From positions 1-43,623 of the IMG/VR virus record IMGVR_UViG_3300011439_000031: 43,623 nucleotides of DNA. The stretch is one strand, 5' to 3'. The notes beneath the pieces are model-generated. The model did not search any database and had not been told where the DNA came from. It saw only the letters and a list, made by a program, of their open reading frames with translations. Positions 15,518 through 25,115 of this stretch are shown here, piece after piece. Positions within the stretch are counted from its first letter, which is position 1. Each line of letters opens with the position of its first letter. The DNA is from a virus. Lineage: Duplodnaviria; Caudoviricetes. The translations under genes were made by a program, and so were the position numbers.

Positions 15518-16202
15518 GGGATTTCTTAGGGATATTCCTGAACAAGATCGCAATATCGTTCAGAAGTATATCAAGGATTGGGATGGTAACGTAACACGTA
15601 AGTTCCAATCCATCCACGAGCAATATCAACCTTACAAAGAACTGGGTAATTATGAGGAACTACAGCAAGCTATGGCTCTCAACCAGTATCTTCAGAATAA
15701 CCCAGTAGATTTTTATAACCACCTCCAGGAAACACTGGAAGAGATGAGAGAGCAAGGACTACTAGTGACAGACTACGAAGAAGAACCAGAATTTATCCCA
15801 CAAACAAGGTCTGTCGCTGAGGAAGAGCCCGACAGACTGTCTGCTGTTGAACAGCAGATGCAGCAATTTAAAGAGTGGCAAGAGCAGCAAGCTTATGCCG
15901 CTGAAGAAGCGGAACAGATGCAAGAACTTGACAATTTGATGGATCAGATGCATACTGTCCACGGAGATTTTGACGATGACTGGGTTCTTCTACAACTCAG
16001 TCGTGGAGCTACACCAGAACAAGCAATCGAAGGTTGGAACTCTCTACTCCAATCAAAGGTCAGCAGCTTTCAACGCAAGCCTATCCCAAATGTAATGGGA
16101 GGGAATGGTGCGATTTCTGGAAGCCAGGCAGACTTTGGAAAGATGAGTCGCGATGAAAGAATTGCCTTCGTTACTCAATCAATTCAAGCCGCCAATCAAT
16201 GA
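15402..16202 (+). CDS. Capsid scaffolding protein
   Basis: Acidic, Q/E-rich, helical; lies between portal and capsid. Confidence 0.75.
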   Translation: MAQEFQVPNTIPPAQSSPQMDSQPQVQMDSPSPQETLGEGFLRDIPEQDRNIVQKYIKDWDGNVTRKFQSIHEQYQPYKELGNYEELQQAMALNQYLQNNPVDFYNHLQETLEEMREQGLLVTDYEEEPEFIPQTRSVAEEEPDRLSAVEQQMQQFKEWQEQQAYAAEEAEQMQELDNLMDQMHTVHGDFDDDWVLLQLSRGATPEQAIEGWNSLLQSKVSSFQRKPIPNVMGGNGAISGSQADFGKMSRDERIAFVTQSIQAANQ

Positions 16203-16217
16203 AAGGACTGACCTAGA

Positions 16218-17423
16218 ATGGTCGCTACACTTACCTCTGCTCTCGGTATTCTTAAGGAAGTTTACGAGGGCGACATTAACAACCAGTTGAATGAGGAAAA
16301 GGTTCTCATGAAGAGAATCGAATCTTCGACTTCTGGTGTTTTTGAAAACGCTGGTGGTAAATACGTCGTTTTTCCAGTGAGGACCGCTCGTAACCAGGGT
16401 ATTTCATATCGTGCTGAGAATGCTCAGCTTGGTGCTGCTGGTCAGCAGGGTTACGCTTCCACACAGGAAATGCTTAAGTACGGCTACGGTCGCGTTAGGC
16501 TTACTGGTCAGCTTATGGAGTTGGCAGAAACCAACGCACAGGCATTTGCTAATGCAGCGGATGCTGAAATGTCTGGACTTAAGGAAGACGTTGTTAAGGA
16601 CTCCAACCGAATTGCTTGGGGAGCTTACCAAGGTACTGTGAACGTTACTGGTGTTATTTCCCGTGTAACAGCTGGTTCAGCAACTTCTACGGTTGCTGCT
16701 CCTACATTTGGATCAATTCAACCTGGAATGGTTATTGATATTGTTGATAACACAGGAACCCCTGTAGCGGGTGGAACTGCTCTTACTGTTACTGCTGCTG
16801 CTCCGTATGCAGGTAGCTTTACAGTTTCTGCAGCAGTTACTACAGTTACTGGTAACAACATCGTTCGTTCAGGCGATGCAAACCGTGAGCCAAATGGAAT
16901 TCTCGGTTTGGTTGGTAATACCGGTACAATCCATAACATTAACTCTGCAACAGCTGGTAATGAATACTGGCAGAGTTACGTTGATTCTACTACGACGACA
17001 CTTACTGAAGCTGCAATGATTCAGGCATGTGACGGAATTCGTCGTCTTGGTGGAAAGCGCCCAACGGCTATCTTTGCCTCCCTTGGTGTTCGTCGTGCGT
17101 ACTTTAACTTGATGACAAGTTTGCGTCGTTACAACGAGCCTAAGGAATTCAGTGGTGGTCTTATTGGTTTGGCGTTTAACTACGAAAAGGAACTCCCTGT
17201 CGTTTCTGACGTAGACGCTCCTGATAAGACGATGGTGTTTCTTTGTGAGCCGGAGATTAAGGAATATCGTACAAAGCCTTGGTACTTCGCTGCAAACGAT
17301 GGTTCCATCTTTAAGTACGTGATGGACTACGATGCTTGGGAAGTTCTTCTCAAGCAATATTGGCAGCTTGTTACGCATCAGCGTAACGCTCACGCAAAGA
17401 TGACGAACATCACAGAAGCCTAA
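16218..17423 (+). CDS. Major capsid protein
   Basis: 401 aa; LKEVY N-terminus and RNAHAKMTNI C-terminus typical of HK97-fold capsids; strong RBS; hairpin downstream. Confidence 0.88.
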   Translation: MVATLTSALGILKEVYEGDINNQLNEEKVLMKRIESSTSGVFENAGGKYVVFPVRTARNQGISYRAENAQLGAAGQQGYASTQEMLKYGYGRVRLTGQLMELAETNAQAFANAADAEMSGLKEDVVKDSNRIAWGAYQGTVNVTGVISRVTAGSATSTVAAPTFGSIQPGMVIDIVDNTGTPVAGGTALTVTAAAPYAGSFTVSAAVTTVTGNNIVRSGDANREPNGILGLVGNTGTIHNINSATAGNEYWQSYVDSTTTTLTEAAMIQACDGIRRLGGKRPTAIFASLGVRRAYFNLMTSLRRYNEPKEFSGGLIGLAFNYEKELPVVSDVDAPDKTMVFLCEPEIKEYRTKPWYFAANDGSIFKYVMDYDAWEVLLKQYWQLVTHQRNAHAKMTNITEA

Positions 17424-17439
17424 ATCTGGGCGTTATCCT

Positions 17440-17494
17440 GGGGAGAGTGTTAGGTTCGAGTTGCCACTTGACTAACACTCTCCCCTCCTTCTTT
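17440..17494 (+). terminator. Hairpin after the capsid gene (terminator or processing site)
   Basis: 14-bp stem GGGGAGAGTGTTAG/CTAACACTCTCCCC then TCCTTCTTT. Confidence 0.65.
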
Positions 17495-17505
17495 AAGGAG
17501 TATAA

Positions 17506-17748
17506 ATGAGTAATTTGGCGTCCTTGAACGCTAGTCGTGCTGCCCTTATCACACCTAATGATTCAGCTAATCTTCCTATGAGTGCTCATGCACTTTGGGT
17601 TGGTGGTTCTGGAAACATTAATCTCGTTACATCTGGTGGAGATACAATTCTTATTTCAGGTGTTTCTGCTGGCACGTATCTTAATATCCAGACAAGAAAA
17701 GTCCTTGCAACTAATACAACGGCCACTTTGATTGTAGGACTCTCTTAA
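17506..17748 (+). CDS. Head spike base protein (RcGTA Rcc01079-like)
   Basis: ITPND..L....ALWVGGSGNI.L....GD........AG..L.I....V.AT.TTAT.IV.L family pattern. Confidence 0.8.
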   Translation: MSNLASLNASRAALITPNDSANLPMSAHALWVGGSGNINLVTSGGDTILISGVSAGTYLNIQTRKVLATNTTATLIVGLS

Positions 17749-17750
17749 TT

Positions 17751-19727
17751 ATGACGGCACTAGGAATAGCCTTAGCTCAGCCCTTTAATAAGGGTGGCGG
17801 TGGTAGTATAGGATCAACTGATCCTTATATTCTTACTCTAAGTCCTAACACGGCTGTTACTAGTGCTTCCCCTCTTACTGTTACAGTTAATGGTCTTAGA
17901 TTTACAGCAACTTCAGTTGTGTACGCAGGTGCTGTAGCGTTGACAACTACATTTGTTAACGCTAATCAGCTTACTGCAAGTTACACACCTTCATCAGTAG
18001 GAACTTTTGCTTTTACTGTGCATGAAGGTGCTGTTATTTCTAACTCACGAGACTTTACTGTAACTGCTGTTCCATCACCTACAATCTCTACCTTGTCTCC
18101 AAATACTGCCCCCTCAAGTGCTTCTCCCCTTACTGTTACAGTTACTGGAACTAATTTTGTTGGTAGCTCGGTTGTGTACGCAGGTGCTGTTGCTCTAACA
18201 ACTACTTACGTTTCAGCTACAAGTTTGACTTGTAGTTACACTCCTGCTGTTGAGGGAACTGCCTCCTTTACCGTTCATAATGGTGCAGATATATCTAACT
18301 CACTAAACTTTACCATTACTTCTGGTAGTGCTTTTAATCCAGGCAGTATTGCAGGTCTACAGGAATGGTGGGATTCGGCTGATGTGTCGAGCTTCACTTT
18401 TTCGTCAGGTGTTGTTATTAGTCAGTGGCGAGATAAGAGTGGAAACGTTAAACATCTATCTCAAGGTGTTGTAGCTAATCAACCTACCCGTGATGGTGCA
18501 GGTCGTCCGTTTCCTACATACCATAACTTTGCCAGCAGATACATGGAATACATCGGATCTAGTGGTGTAAACGTTGGAACCGCTACAATTTTTATTGTAG
18601 GTGCTGAATATACTGAAGAAGTACTCTATGCAGGTTTTTTGTCATTACTTGGTGGTGCAGGTCAAAATGATACTGATAATGCTGGTTCTTTGTTGATAGG
18701 TGCTAGTAATTCTAGTTATCGACTCTCTGCTAGTAGAAATAATGGGGCTTCAGCTACTCCTGGAACTGGTCCTGTGCCATATGGAATACATCGGGCTGTA
18801 TTACGTCCTGATGGTAATATTAATGTCTATAATGATGGCTTAGCTATTTCATCGACACCTACATTTGGTCCATTCACAGTTGCTAACTTAAAAATTATTG
18901 TAGGTGATAGGTATTATTTAGGAGCACCTGCTGGTTCCTATCTTAACGGTGATATAGCTGAAATCCTTATTTATGATTCAGTCTTGTCAGCTGCTGATAT
19001 CGAACAAGTTGAAACTTATTTGAGAGCAAAGTGGGCTACTCCTGCTCCATTCGTTCCTACTGATATTGCTGGGTTGGCTGGTTGGTGGGATTCTAATGAT
19101 GCTTCTACCTTTACTTATTCAAGTGGGACTGTAGTTTCTGGGTGGAATGATAAATCTGGGAACGGTAAAAACATGGCTCAAGCTGTTGTGATAGAACAAC
19201 CTTCACGCAGCGGACTTCAAAACGCACTTCCTACCATTACTCATACCCCTAGTGGAAATCACTCTTTGAAAACAGCTAATGTTTCTATTGTGGCAACGAC
19301 TCCCTACACACTTTATCTTGCCTGTAGACCTAATCTTAAGTCATCATATCAAACAACTATTGTTGATACCGCTGACTTAGGTCGTCCAATACTTAGTAGT
19401 GATACAGCTAATGTTAAGCTTGATACTTTTGGTGGAAGCTTTCTCTGGCCGTGTGCTACAGCAGACGATCAGCCTCTCGTATATTCATTTGTTGTAGCAC
19501 CTAACCCAAACGGTAAAGCTTTTCGTAACGGGGTTCTAGTTAATTCAGCTAACCATAATGGGTGGGGAATTCAATTTGGACTTAGGACAGGTAAAATGCC
19601 TGCTCAAGAAACTTGGCGTTCGTTTTACCATAATTATTTTGAAATCCTTGCGTATAGCGGGGCACATACTACGGCTCAGCGTGAGTCAGTTGAGCAGTAT
19701 TTGAGAGCGAAGTGGGGCACACCATGA
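17751..19727 (+). CDS. Head fibre/spike with 2 IPT/TIG Ig domains and 2 LamG/ConA-like domains
   Basis: MTALGIAL N-terminus; duplicated LSPNTA...LTVTV.G..F...SVVY unit; duplicated WWDS.D...W.DKSGN...VE.YLRAKW unit. Confidence 0.75.
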   Translation: MTALGIALAQPFNKGGGGSIGSTDPYILTLSPNTAVTSASPLTVTVNGLRFTATSVVYAGAVALTTTFVNANQLTASYTPSSVGTFAFTVHEGAVISNSRDFTVTAVPSPTISTLSPNTAPSSASPLTVTVTGTNFVGSSVVYAGAVALTTTYVSATSLTCSYTPAVEGTASFTVHNGADISNSLNFTITSGSAFNPGSIAGLQEWWDSADVSSFTFSSGVVISQWRDKSGNVKHLSQGVVANQPTRDGAGRPFPTYHNFASRYMEYIGSSGVNVGTATIFIVGAEYTEEVLYAGFLSLLGGAGQNDTDNAGSLLIGASNSSYRLSASRNNGASATPGTGPVPYGIHRAVLRPDGNINVYNDGLAISSTPTFGPFTVANLKIIVGDRYYLGAPAGSYLNGDIAEILIYDSVLSAADIEQVETYLRAKWATPAPFVPTDIAGLAGWWDSNDASTFTYSSGTVVSGWNDKSGNGKNMAQAVVIEQPSRSGLQNALPTITHTPSGNHSLKTANVSIVATTPYTLYLACRPNLKSSYQTTIVDTADLGRPILSSDTANVKLDTFGGSFLWPCATADDQPLVYSFVVAPNPNGKAFRNGVLVNSANHNGWGIQFGLRTGKMPAQETWRSFYHNYFEILAYSGAHTTAQRESVEQYLRAKWGTP

Positions 19728-20140
19728 CCGTTACTATTGAAACACTTTCTCAAACAGATGGTTGGAAAGTGCTTCCAACTGAACAAGAAGCACTTGACTA
19801 CTGTGATTTGACGTGGGCGGCCATTCTTTATGTCATGCCAGATGAACGTATCCCAACTGAACTTCTTGCACTTTTTACAGTGTTTCTTATTACTGTAACT
19901 GAAGCGGGCGGCGATGTACGTTCTGTGCCAGGTGACGTAGTTAAGTCTGTTTCAGTTGTACCGTTTCTTGGTTTGAATCATCTTAGTGAAGTTGTCTATG
20001 ATGGCGGTGAATCGCGAAAGTGGGCAATTCCACGTCAGACTCTAACTGGTGAATGGGCTGTACCGTGTTTAGCAGGGTTTGATACTGGCGGCCCAGAACC
20101 TGAATGGCCCGAACTTCCAGAGCCAGAGTCTGCTCCATGA
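19724..20140 (+). CDS. Hypothetical protein
   Basis: ATGA coupling at 19724. Confidence 0.7.
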   Translation: MTVTIETLSQTDGWKVLPTEQEALDYCDLTWAAILYVMPDERIPTELLALFTVFLITVTEAGGDVRSVPGDVVKSVSVVPFLGLNHLSEVVYDGGESRKWAIPRQTLTGEWAVPCLAGFDTGGPEPEWPELPEPESAP

Positions 20141-20643
20141 GTAATTACTACGATCCAGGAACTGGAAATTACGTCGTTGTTGATGGCATGATTGTAGAGC
20201 GCGATGCTCTCTCAATTGCTGAACGTCTTAAGGACTACGATCCAAACTTGGAAATTATGTGTTTGGACTCCGATATGGAGTTTCACGAAATGAGTGATGC
20301 TCCGTTTGTAATCTGCTGTCGTCGTGAAGACGGCTCCCTGTACAAAATTTTTGAGGCGTGGGAACTGGATGAGAGGATTATTGAAAGAGTTGCTATGGCA
20401 GATGGCGCTCGCATCAATATCTTTAATCACGCTGTGGCTCTTGAAACAGCTAAGCGTAAAGAAATTCAAGATCGCTATAATGAAAAGCACCTAGAGAACA
20501 CGGATCAGTTTATACACGCTATGTTGTCTAAAAAGAACACTTATACACTTCATAATTCTGAGGGCGAGCTAGTTCGTGTTCATGGTGATAAACCCCCTAC
20601 TCAAGTCAGTTCAGAAAAATCCATTCACAGTTTGGGAGACTAG
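20137..20643 (+). CDS. Hypothetical morphogenesis protein
   Basis: ATGA coupling at 20137. Confidence 0.7.
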   Translation: MSNYYDPGTGNYVVVDGMIVERDALSIAERLKDYDPNLEIMCLDSDMEFHEMSDAPFVICCRREDGSLYKIFEAWELDERIIERVAMADGARINIFNHAVALETAKRKEIQDRYNEKHLENTDQFIHAMLSKKNTYTLHNSEGELVRVHGDKPPTQVSSEKSIHSLGD

Positions 20644-20647
20644 GTAA

Positions 20648-21130
20648 ATGGCTGCACACGTTTTTAACGTCGCTTTGGGGCGCTGTGTTGAACTTCATAG
20701 GAGAGCTAAGACTCAAGATGCTTTTTGGGCTGGTAACTGTCTCTGCGTAGCTGTTTTAGCAGCTGCTGGTCTGGAATCTGACGCTATTCTTCTTGATAAG
20801 GACTGGCTAGGTGACGTAGTTGTTGGAACTACAAACTTAGTTACAAATACAACAGTTCCCAAAATTATTCCAGCTGCTGATCTAACTTCTCCTGCTCCAA
20901 ACAATGCAACAGATGTTTTTCCTCTGGATATGGTAGATATTGCTTTTGGAACAGTAAATGCTGGGGATACTTGGTCTAAGGTTTTGGTTTGTTGGAGTCC
21001 TAATGGTACTATGGGTCAACTAGGTGCTATTGTTCCAATGACAATGCACGATGTTAATATTGTTCCAGATGGATCTACTATTACAATTCAAATTCCAGCT
21101 GCTGGCTATTTCCAAGCCGGTCAATGTTAA
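20648..21130 (+). CDS. Virion structural protein, paralog A
   Basis: VFNVALGRCVELH...GLESDAILLDK...HDVNIVPDGSTITIQI...GYFQA. Confidence 0.8.
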   Translation: MAAHVFNVALGRCVELHRRAKTQDAFWAGNCLCVAVLAAAGLESDAILLDKDWLGDVVVGTTNLVTNTTVPKIIPAADLTSPAPNNATDVFPLDMVDIAFGTVNAGDTWSKVLVCWSPNGTMGQLGAIVPMTMHDVNIVPDGSTITIQIPAAGYFQAGQC

Positions 21131-21140
21131 AGGAGAAGTC

Positions 21141-21617
21141 GTGGCTTCATCTGTATTCAATATTGCTAAAGGACGTGCTGTTGAACTTCATGCTATGGCA
21201 ATTGGCGGTGGTCCTACCTCTGCCTGTCTAGTTGTGGCTGCAATTTCAGCTACAGGTTTAGAGACTGATGCTGTTCTTCTTGATAAGGTCACTTTGGCTG
21301 ATGTAGTTGCAGGGACTACAAACCTTGCTGCCAATACCACAGTTCAAGTCGTTGACACTCCTATTCCTAGTTCACCGGACGATACAAATAACTGGATTAG
21401 ACTTGATCTAACTGACGTCAACTTTGGTGCGGTTATTGCTGGTGACCCTTGGGCTAAGGTTGTCATCGGTTTTAATCCTACACTTGCAACAGCTGCAACT
21501 AACCATGCAAGTACTATCCCGATTTCCCTTCACGATATTGCTATTACTCCTGACGGTTCTACTATTATTATCCAGATCAACGCACTTGGCTATTTTCAGG
21601 CGAATGAATGCCCGTAG
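21141..21617 (+). CDS. Virion structural protein, paralog B (start GTG 21141)
   Basis: AAGGAG RBS; VFNIAKGRAVELH...GLETDAVLLDK...HDIAITPDGSTIIIQI...GYFQA. Confidence 0.8.
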   Translation: MASSVFNIAKGRAVELHAMAIGGGPTSACLVVAAISATGLETDAVLLDKVTLADVVAGTTNLAANTTVQVVDTPIPSSPDDTNNWIRLDLTDVNFGAVIAGDPWAKVVIGFNPTLATAATNHASTIPISLHDIAITPDGSTIIIQINALGYFQANECP

Positions 21618-24600
21618 TTCCTATTCAGCAAGCCCTTGAACAAGATCGGGCTCGGGATACTCCCAGCTTCCACCCTCTTATTCAACAGGCTCTTGAAAAG
21701 GATCTAGCTAATAATGTAACTGTACAGTTTACAAAGATTCCTAAGTTTGTTTTAATTCAGCAGGCCTTAGAACGTAACTCGGCTCAGAACTCATCGGGTT
21801 CTAAGTTTGTTCTAATTCAGCAGGCCTTGGAGCGTAACTTAACTCAAGACCCACAGTTTATTAAGTCTGTAACGTTAAGTCAAGCTAGTGAAGCTAACGT
21901 AGCTCAGAACGTAACTAGGTTCGTCTTTCCTCCTAAGATTGTTTTAGTTGAACAGGCGCTTGAAAAGGACTTAGCTCAGAGTGTAACTTTCCAGTTTACT
22001 CTGATTCCAAAGTTTGTTTTAATTCAGCAGGCGTTAGAAAAGGACGCTTCTCAAGATGTAATTAGGTATATTTTTCCTCCTACAATTGTTCCTGTTCAGC
22101 AAGCTCTAGAAAAGAACGTTGCTCAGACTGTAACTTTCCAGCTTACACTGACACCGAAGTTTGTTCTTATTCAACAGGCTCTCGAAAAAGGTGTAGCTCA
22201 AGATGTTACACTTGGTAGGACGTACCTACTTCAACAAGCTCTTGAAAAAGATCAATCTCAGGACTTCTCATTTAGTAAGTCTACTAGTGTTCAACAAGCG
22301 GTTGAAAGTAACCAAACTTATGATGTAGCTAGGTTTATCCAGCCTCCAAAACTCGTAGCTATAACACAGGCTCTTGAAAAAGATGCTTCTCAAAATGTAA
22401 CTTTCTCATTTACTCTATCTCCAAAATTCTTCCTTCTTGAACAAGCTCTTGAGCGTAACCAATCTCAAGACGTTGCGCGCTACGTTATACCTCCTAAGAA
22501 TGTTTTAGTTGAACAAGCAGTTGAACGAAACCAAGCTTATACTGTAACTGCACAATTTACTTTAACACCTAAGTTAATTTTAGTTGCACAAGCAGTTGAG
22601 AGGAACTTAGCACAAAATGTAGAACTTGCTAAGTCTACTCCAATCGAACAAGCAGAAGAATCTAACGTAGCTCAGAATGTTACGTTTGCTAGATCTACAC
22701 CGATTCAACAGGCTTTTGAGGGTAACCAGACTTATGACGTAATTAGATTTATTCTTCCTCCTAAGCTTATCTTGGTTCAACAAGCTCTTGAAAAGAACGC
22801 TTCCCAAGATGTAACTGCACAGTTTATTTTATCGCCAAAGTTTGTTTTAATTCAGCAGGCTCTTGAAGCTAACTTATCTCAGGATGTAATTAGGTATATA
22901 CAGCCTACTAAGGTTGTTCCAGTTGAGCAAGCAATAGAGCGTAACCTAGCTCAAAATGTAACTGCTCAACTTACTCTAACACCTAAGCTAGTTTTAATTG
23001 ATCAATCACTTGAAAAGAACTTAGCTCAAAACGTAGCCTTTACTAGAGCTAAGTCAATTGAACAGGCTATTGAAGCTAACGTAGCCCAAGATGTAATTCG
23101 GTACGTACAGCCTTCAACGAATGTTTTAATACAGCAAGCATTTGAAAATAACGTAGCTCGTGATGTAAATCTTCTACCTTCTAAGAACGTTCTACTTCAA
23201 CAAGCCATAGAACGAAATCTTGCTCAAAACGTAACTGCTTTAATAAAGCCAGCTCTAGTAATAGAGCAAGCTTTTGAGGGCAACATAGCTCGCGATTTAA
23301 CTGAGTTTACACCGCCACTAACTCCTATTGAACAAGCGTTTGAAAGTAACGTAGCTTATAATTTAGTTCAGGTACCTTCTACACTTGTTCCTATCCAACA
23401 GGCTTTTGAAAAGAACGCTGCTCTTGATGTAGCTCAACCTGTTCCTTTCCCAATCGAACAGGCGTTTGAAGGTGACGTAGCTCGAAACGTAGTTGGTCTT
23501 GTACAGGCTGCTAAACTTGTTCTTATTCAGCAAGCTTTTGAAGCTAACCTAGCTCGGGACTTCGGTCAACCTAGTTACTTTACAATCCAGCAAGCGTTTG
23601 AACGTAACCTAGCGTTTGATTTTCCAATCAAGGTTGTCTCGATTGAGACAGCGTTTGAAGGTGATCTAGCTAGAGATGTAAGTCTACCTAGACTAACTCT
23701 TATAGAGCAGGCATTTGAAAAGAACGTAGCTCAGAATCTGGTCTTTTCCTTCAGTGGCAAGGTTGCTTTAATTCAGCAGGCTTTTGAAGGTGACGTAGCT
23801 CAGAATCTTGGCAAGTTTGTACAGCAAACTCTTCTTGAAACTGCACATGAAGGCAACTTCGCTTTTGAAGTAACACAATATATAATAGAGACGCTTCACG
23901 GTTCCTGGTTCTCTGATCTTTATCACGCCATAGGTTGGCAAAGTAAGATCTCTTCAATTGGTTCAGTAAGTGATCTTTATCACGCAATAACACTGAAGGG
24001 TAGCGTTAAACTTCCAGCTTGGTTGAGTGACGTTTACCCTGCTGTTGGAGTTAAATCAAAAGTCTACTCTCAAGAAATTGTTAGAGTTACAGCCTTCCTA
24101 GTGAGTGCTCTTGAACAAGCGTTTGAAAACGATGTAGCTCAGAACCTAGCAAACCCAGTTCCTCAAATTATCTCACTAACTCAAGCTCTTGAAAGAGGCT
24201 TGTCTAGAGATGTAGCTCATCTGCTTCCAGATGTTGTTTTAATTGAACAAGCAGAAGAACAGAACGTAGCTTTAAGCATAACGTTTATGTTCCCAAGGGT
24301 TGTTGTAATTCAACAGGCTTTGGAAAAAGATGTAGCTCAGAACGTAATAAGGTACGCACCAGTCACCGTTCTAATTCAACAGGCATTTGAAAAAGATGTA
24401 GCTCAAAATGTAGTTCACCTGTTCCACAACGTACTGCTAGAACAGGCAGTTGAACGAAACCAAGCCCTTAATATAGGTCAGGGTAGTTATAAGGTTATTG
24501 AAATAGCTAAAGAAAATAACCTAGCTCTTGATCTAATTAAGAAACCTCTCTTTACCATAAGCCAGGCTCTTGAAAGAAACCTAGCTCAAAACTTAGTACA

Positions 24601-24811
24601 ACGGCCAGTCATACCGCAGCAGCTTCTTATAGAAACTGCACATGAAGGTAATTTTACTTTCACCATAAGTAAGTCTGAAATAACTAAGTCTAAGTACGGT
24701 TGGATTTCTGATGTTTATCACGCTATTGGATGGAGCTCTCGTATATCTTCGGATGAGAGTTCTACACTGGATATTTATTCGGGAGTACGGACTAAGAGTA
24801 AGGTGCATTAA
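21608..24811 (+). CDS. 1067 aa tandem-repeat protein (43 x IQQALEKNxAQNV-like), putative fibre/filament component
   Basis: Repeats counted by eye; lies in the structural operon. Confidence 0.8.
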   Translation: MPVVPIQQALEQDRARDTPSFHPLIQQALEKDLANNVTVQFTKIPKFVLIQQALERNSAQNSSGSKFVLIQQALERNLTQDPQFIKSVTLSQASEANVAQNVTRFVFPPKIVLVEQALEKDLAQSVTFQFTLIPKFVLIQQALEKDASQDVIRYIFPPTIVPVQQALEKNVAQTVTFQLTLTPKFVLIQQALEKGVAQDVTLGRTYLLQQALEKDQSQDFSFSKSTSVQQAVESNQTYDVARFIQPPKLVAITQALEKDASQNVTFSFTLSPKFFLLEQALERNQSQDVARYVIPPKNVLVEQAVERNQAYTVTAQFTLTPKLILVAQAVERNLAQNVELAKSTPIEQAEESNVAQNVTFARSTPIQQAFEGNQTYDVIRFILPPKLILVQQALEKNASQDVTAQFILSPKFVLIQQALEANLSQDVIRYIQPTKVVPVEQAIERNLAQNVTAQLTLTPKLVLIDQSLEKNLAQNVAFTRAKSIEQAIEANVAQDVIRYVQPSTNVLIQQAFENNVARDVNLLPSKNVLLQQAIERNLAQNVTALIKPALVIEQAFEGNIARDLTEFTPPLTPIEQAFESNVAYNLVQVPSTLVPIQQAFEKNAALDVAQPVPFPIEQAFEGDVARNVVGLVQAAKLVLIQQAFEANLARDFGQPSYFTIQQAFERNLAFDFPIKVVSIETAFEGDLARDVSLPRLTLIEQAFEKNVAQNLVFSFSGKVALIQQAFEGDVAQNLGKFVQQTLLETAHEGNFAFEVTQYIIETLHGSWFSDLYHAIGWQSKISSIGSVSDLYHAITLKGSVKLPAWLSDVYPAVGVKSKVYSQEIVRVTAFLVSALEQAFENDVAQNLANPVPQIISLTQALERGLSRDVAHLLPDVVLIEQAEEQNVALSITFMFPRVVVIQQALEKDVAQNVIRYAPVTVLIQQAFEKDVAQNVVHLFHNVLLEQAVERNQALNIGQGSYKVIEIAKENNLALDLIKKPLFTISQALERNLAQNLVQRPVIPQQLLIETAHEGNFTFTISKSEITKSKYGWISDVYHAIGWSSRISSDESSTLDIYSGVRTKSKVH

Positions 24812-25107
24812 TGGGAGTTATTAGAGATATCTTTGCTGGTAACACGGCCGTGATCGATATTACTTTTGTACCTACACCAGGGTTTCCTGATGTTACTGGT
24901 CTGACTCTTAGAATTGAGAACCCTCTTAAGATTGAAGCTGCCGCTAGCATTGCACAAATAAGTACAAATTTCTTTAAGGGAACTTACAACATTCCAGATG
25001 GTGGTCCTAATGGTGTTTGGATCTATCGTTGGGAAAGTACAGCCAGCCCTGATCTAGCTGGCGAACAGAAGTTTAATGTAGTTGGTGCCTCAGTTCAAAA
25101 CCCATAG
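24811..25107 (+). CDS. Small beta-rich (Ig-like) structural protein
   Basis: G.W.YRW motif; TAATG coupling. Confidence 0.65.
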   Translation: MGVIRDIFAGNTAVIDITFVPTPGFPDVTGLTLRIENPLKIEAAASIAQISTNFFKGTYNIPDGGPNGVWIYRWESTASPDLAGEQKFNVVGASVQNP

Positions 25108-25115
25108 GAGCTATT

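Noticed and set aside
21608-24811. DNA repeats as a CRISPR array or DGR template
   Set aside because: They vary at synonymous positions within one open frame, so they are protein repeats; no reverse transcriptase is present
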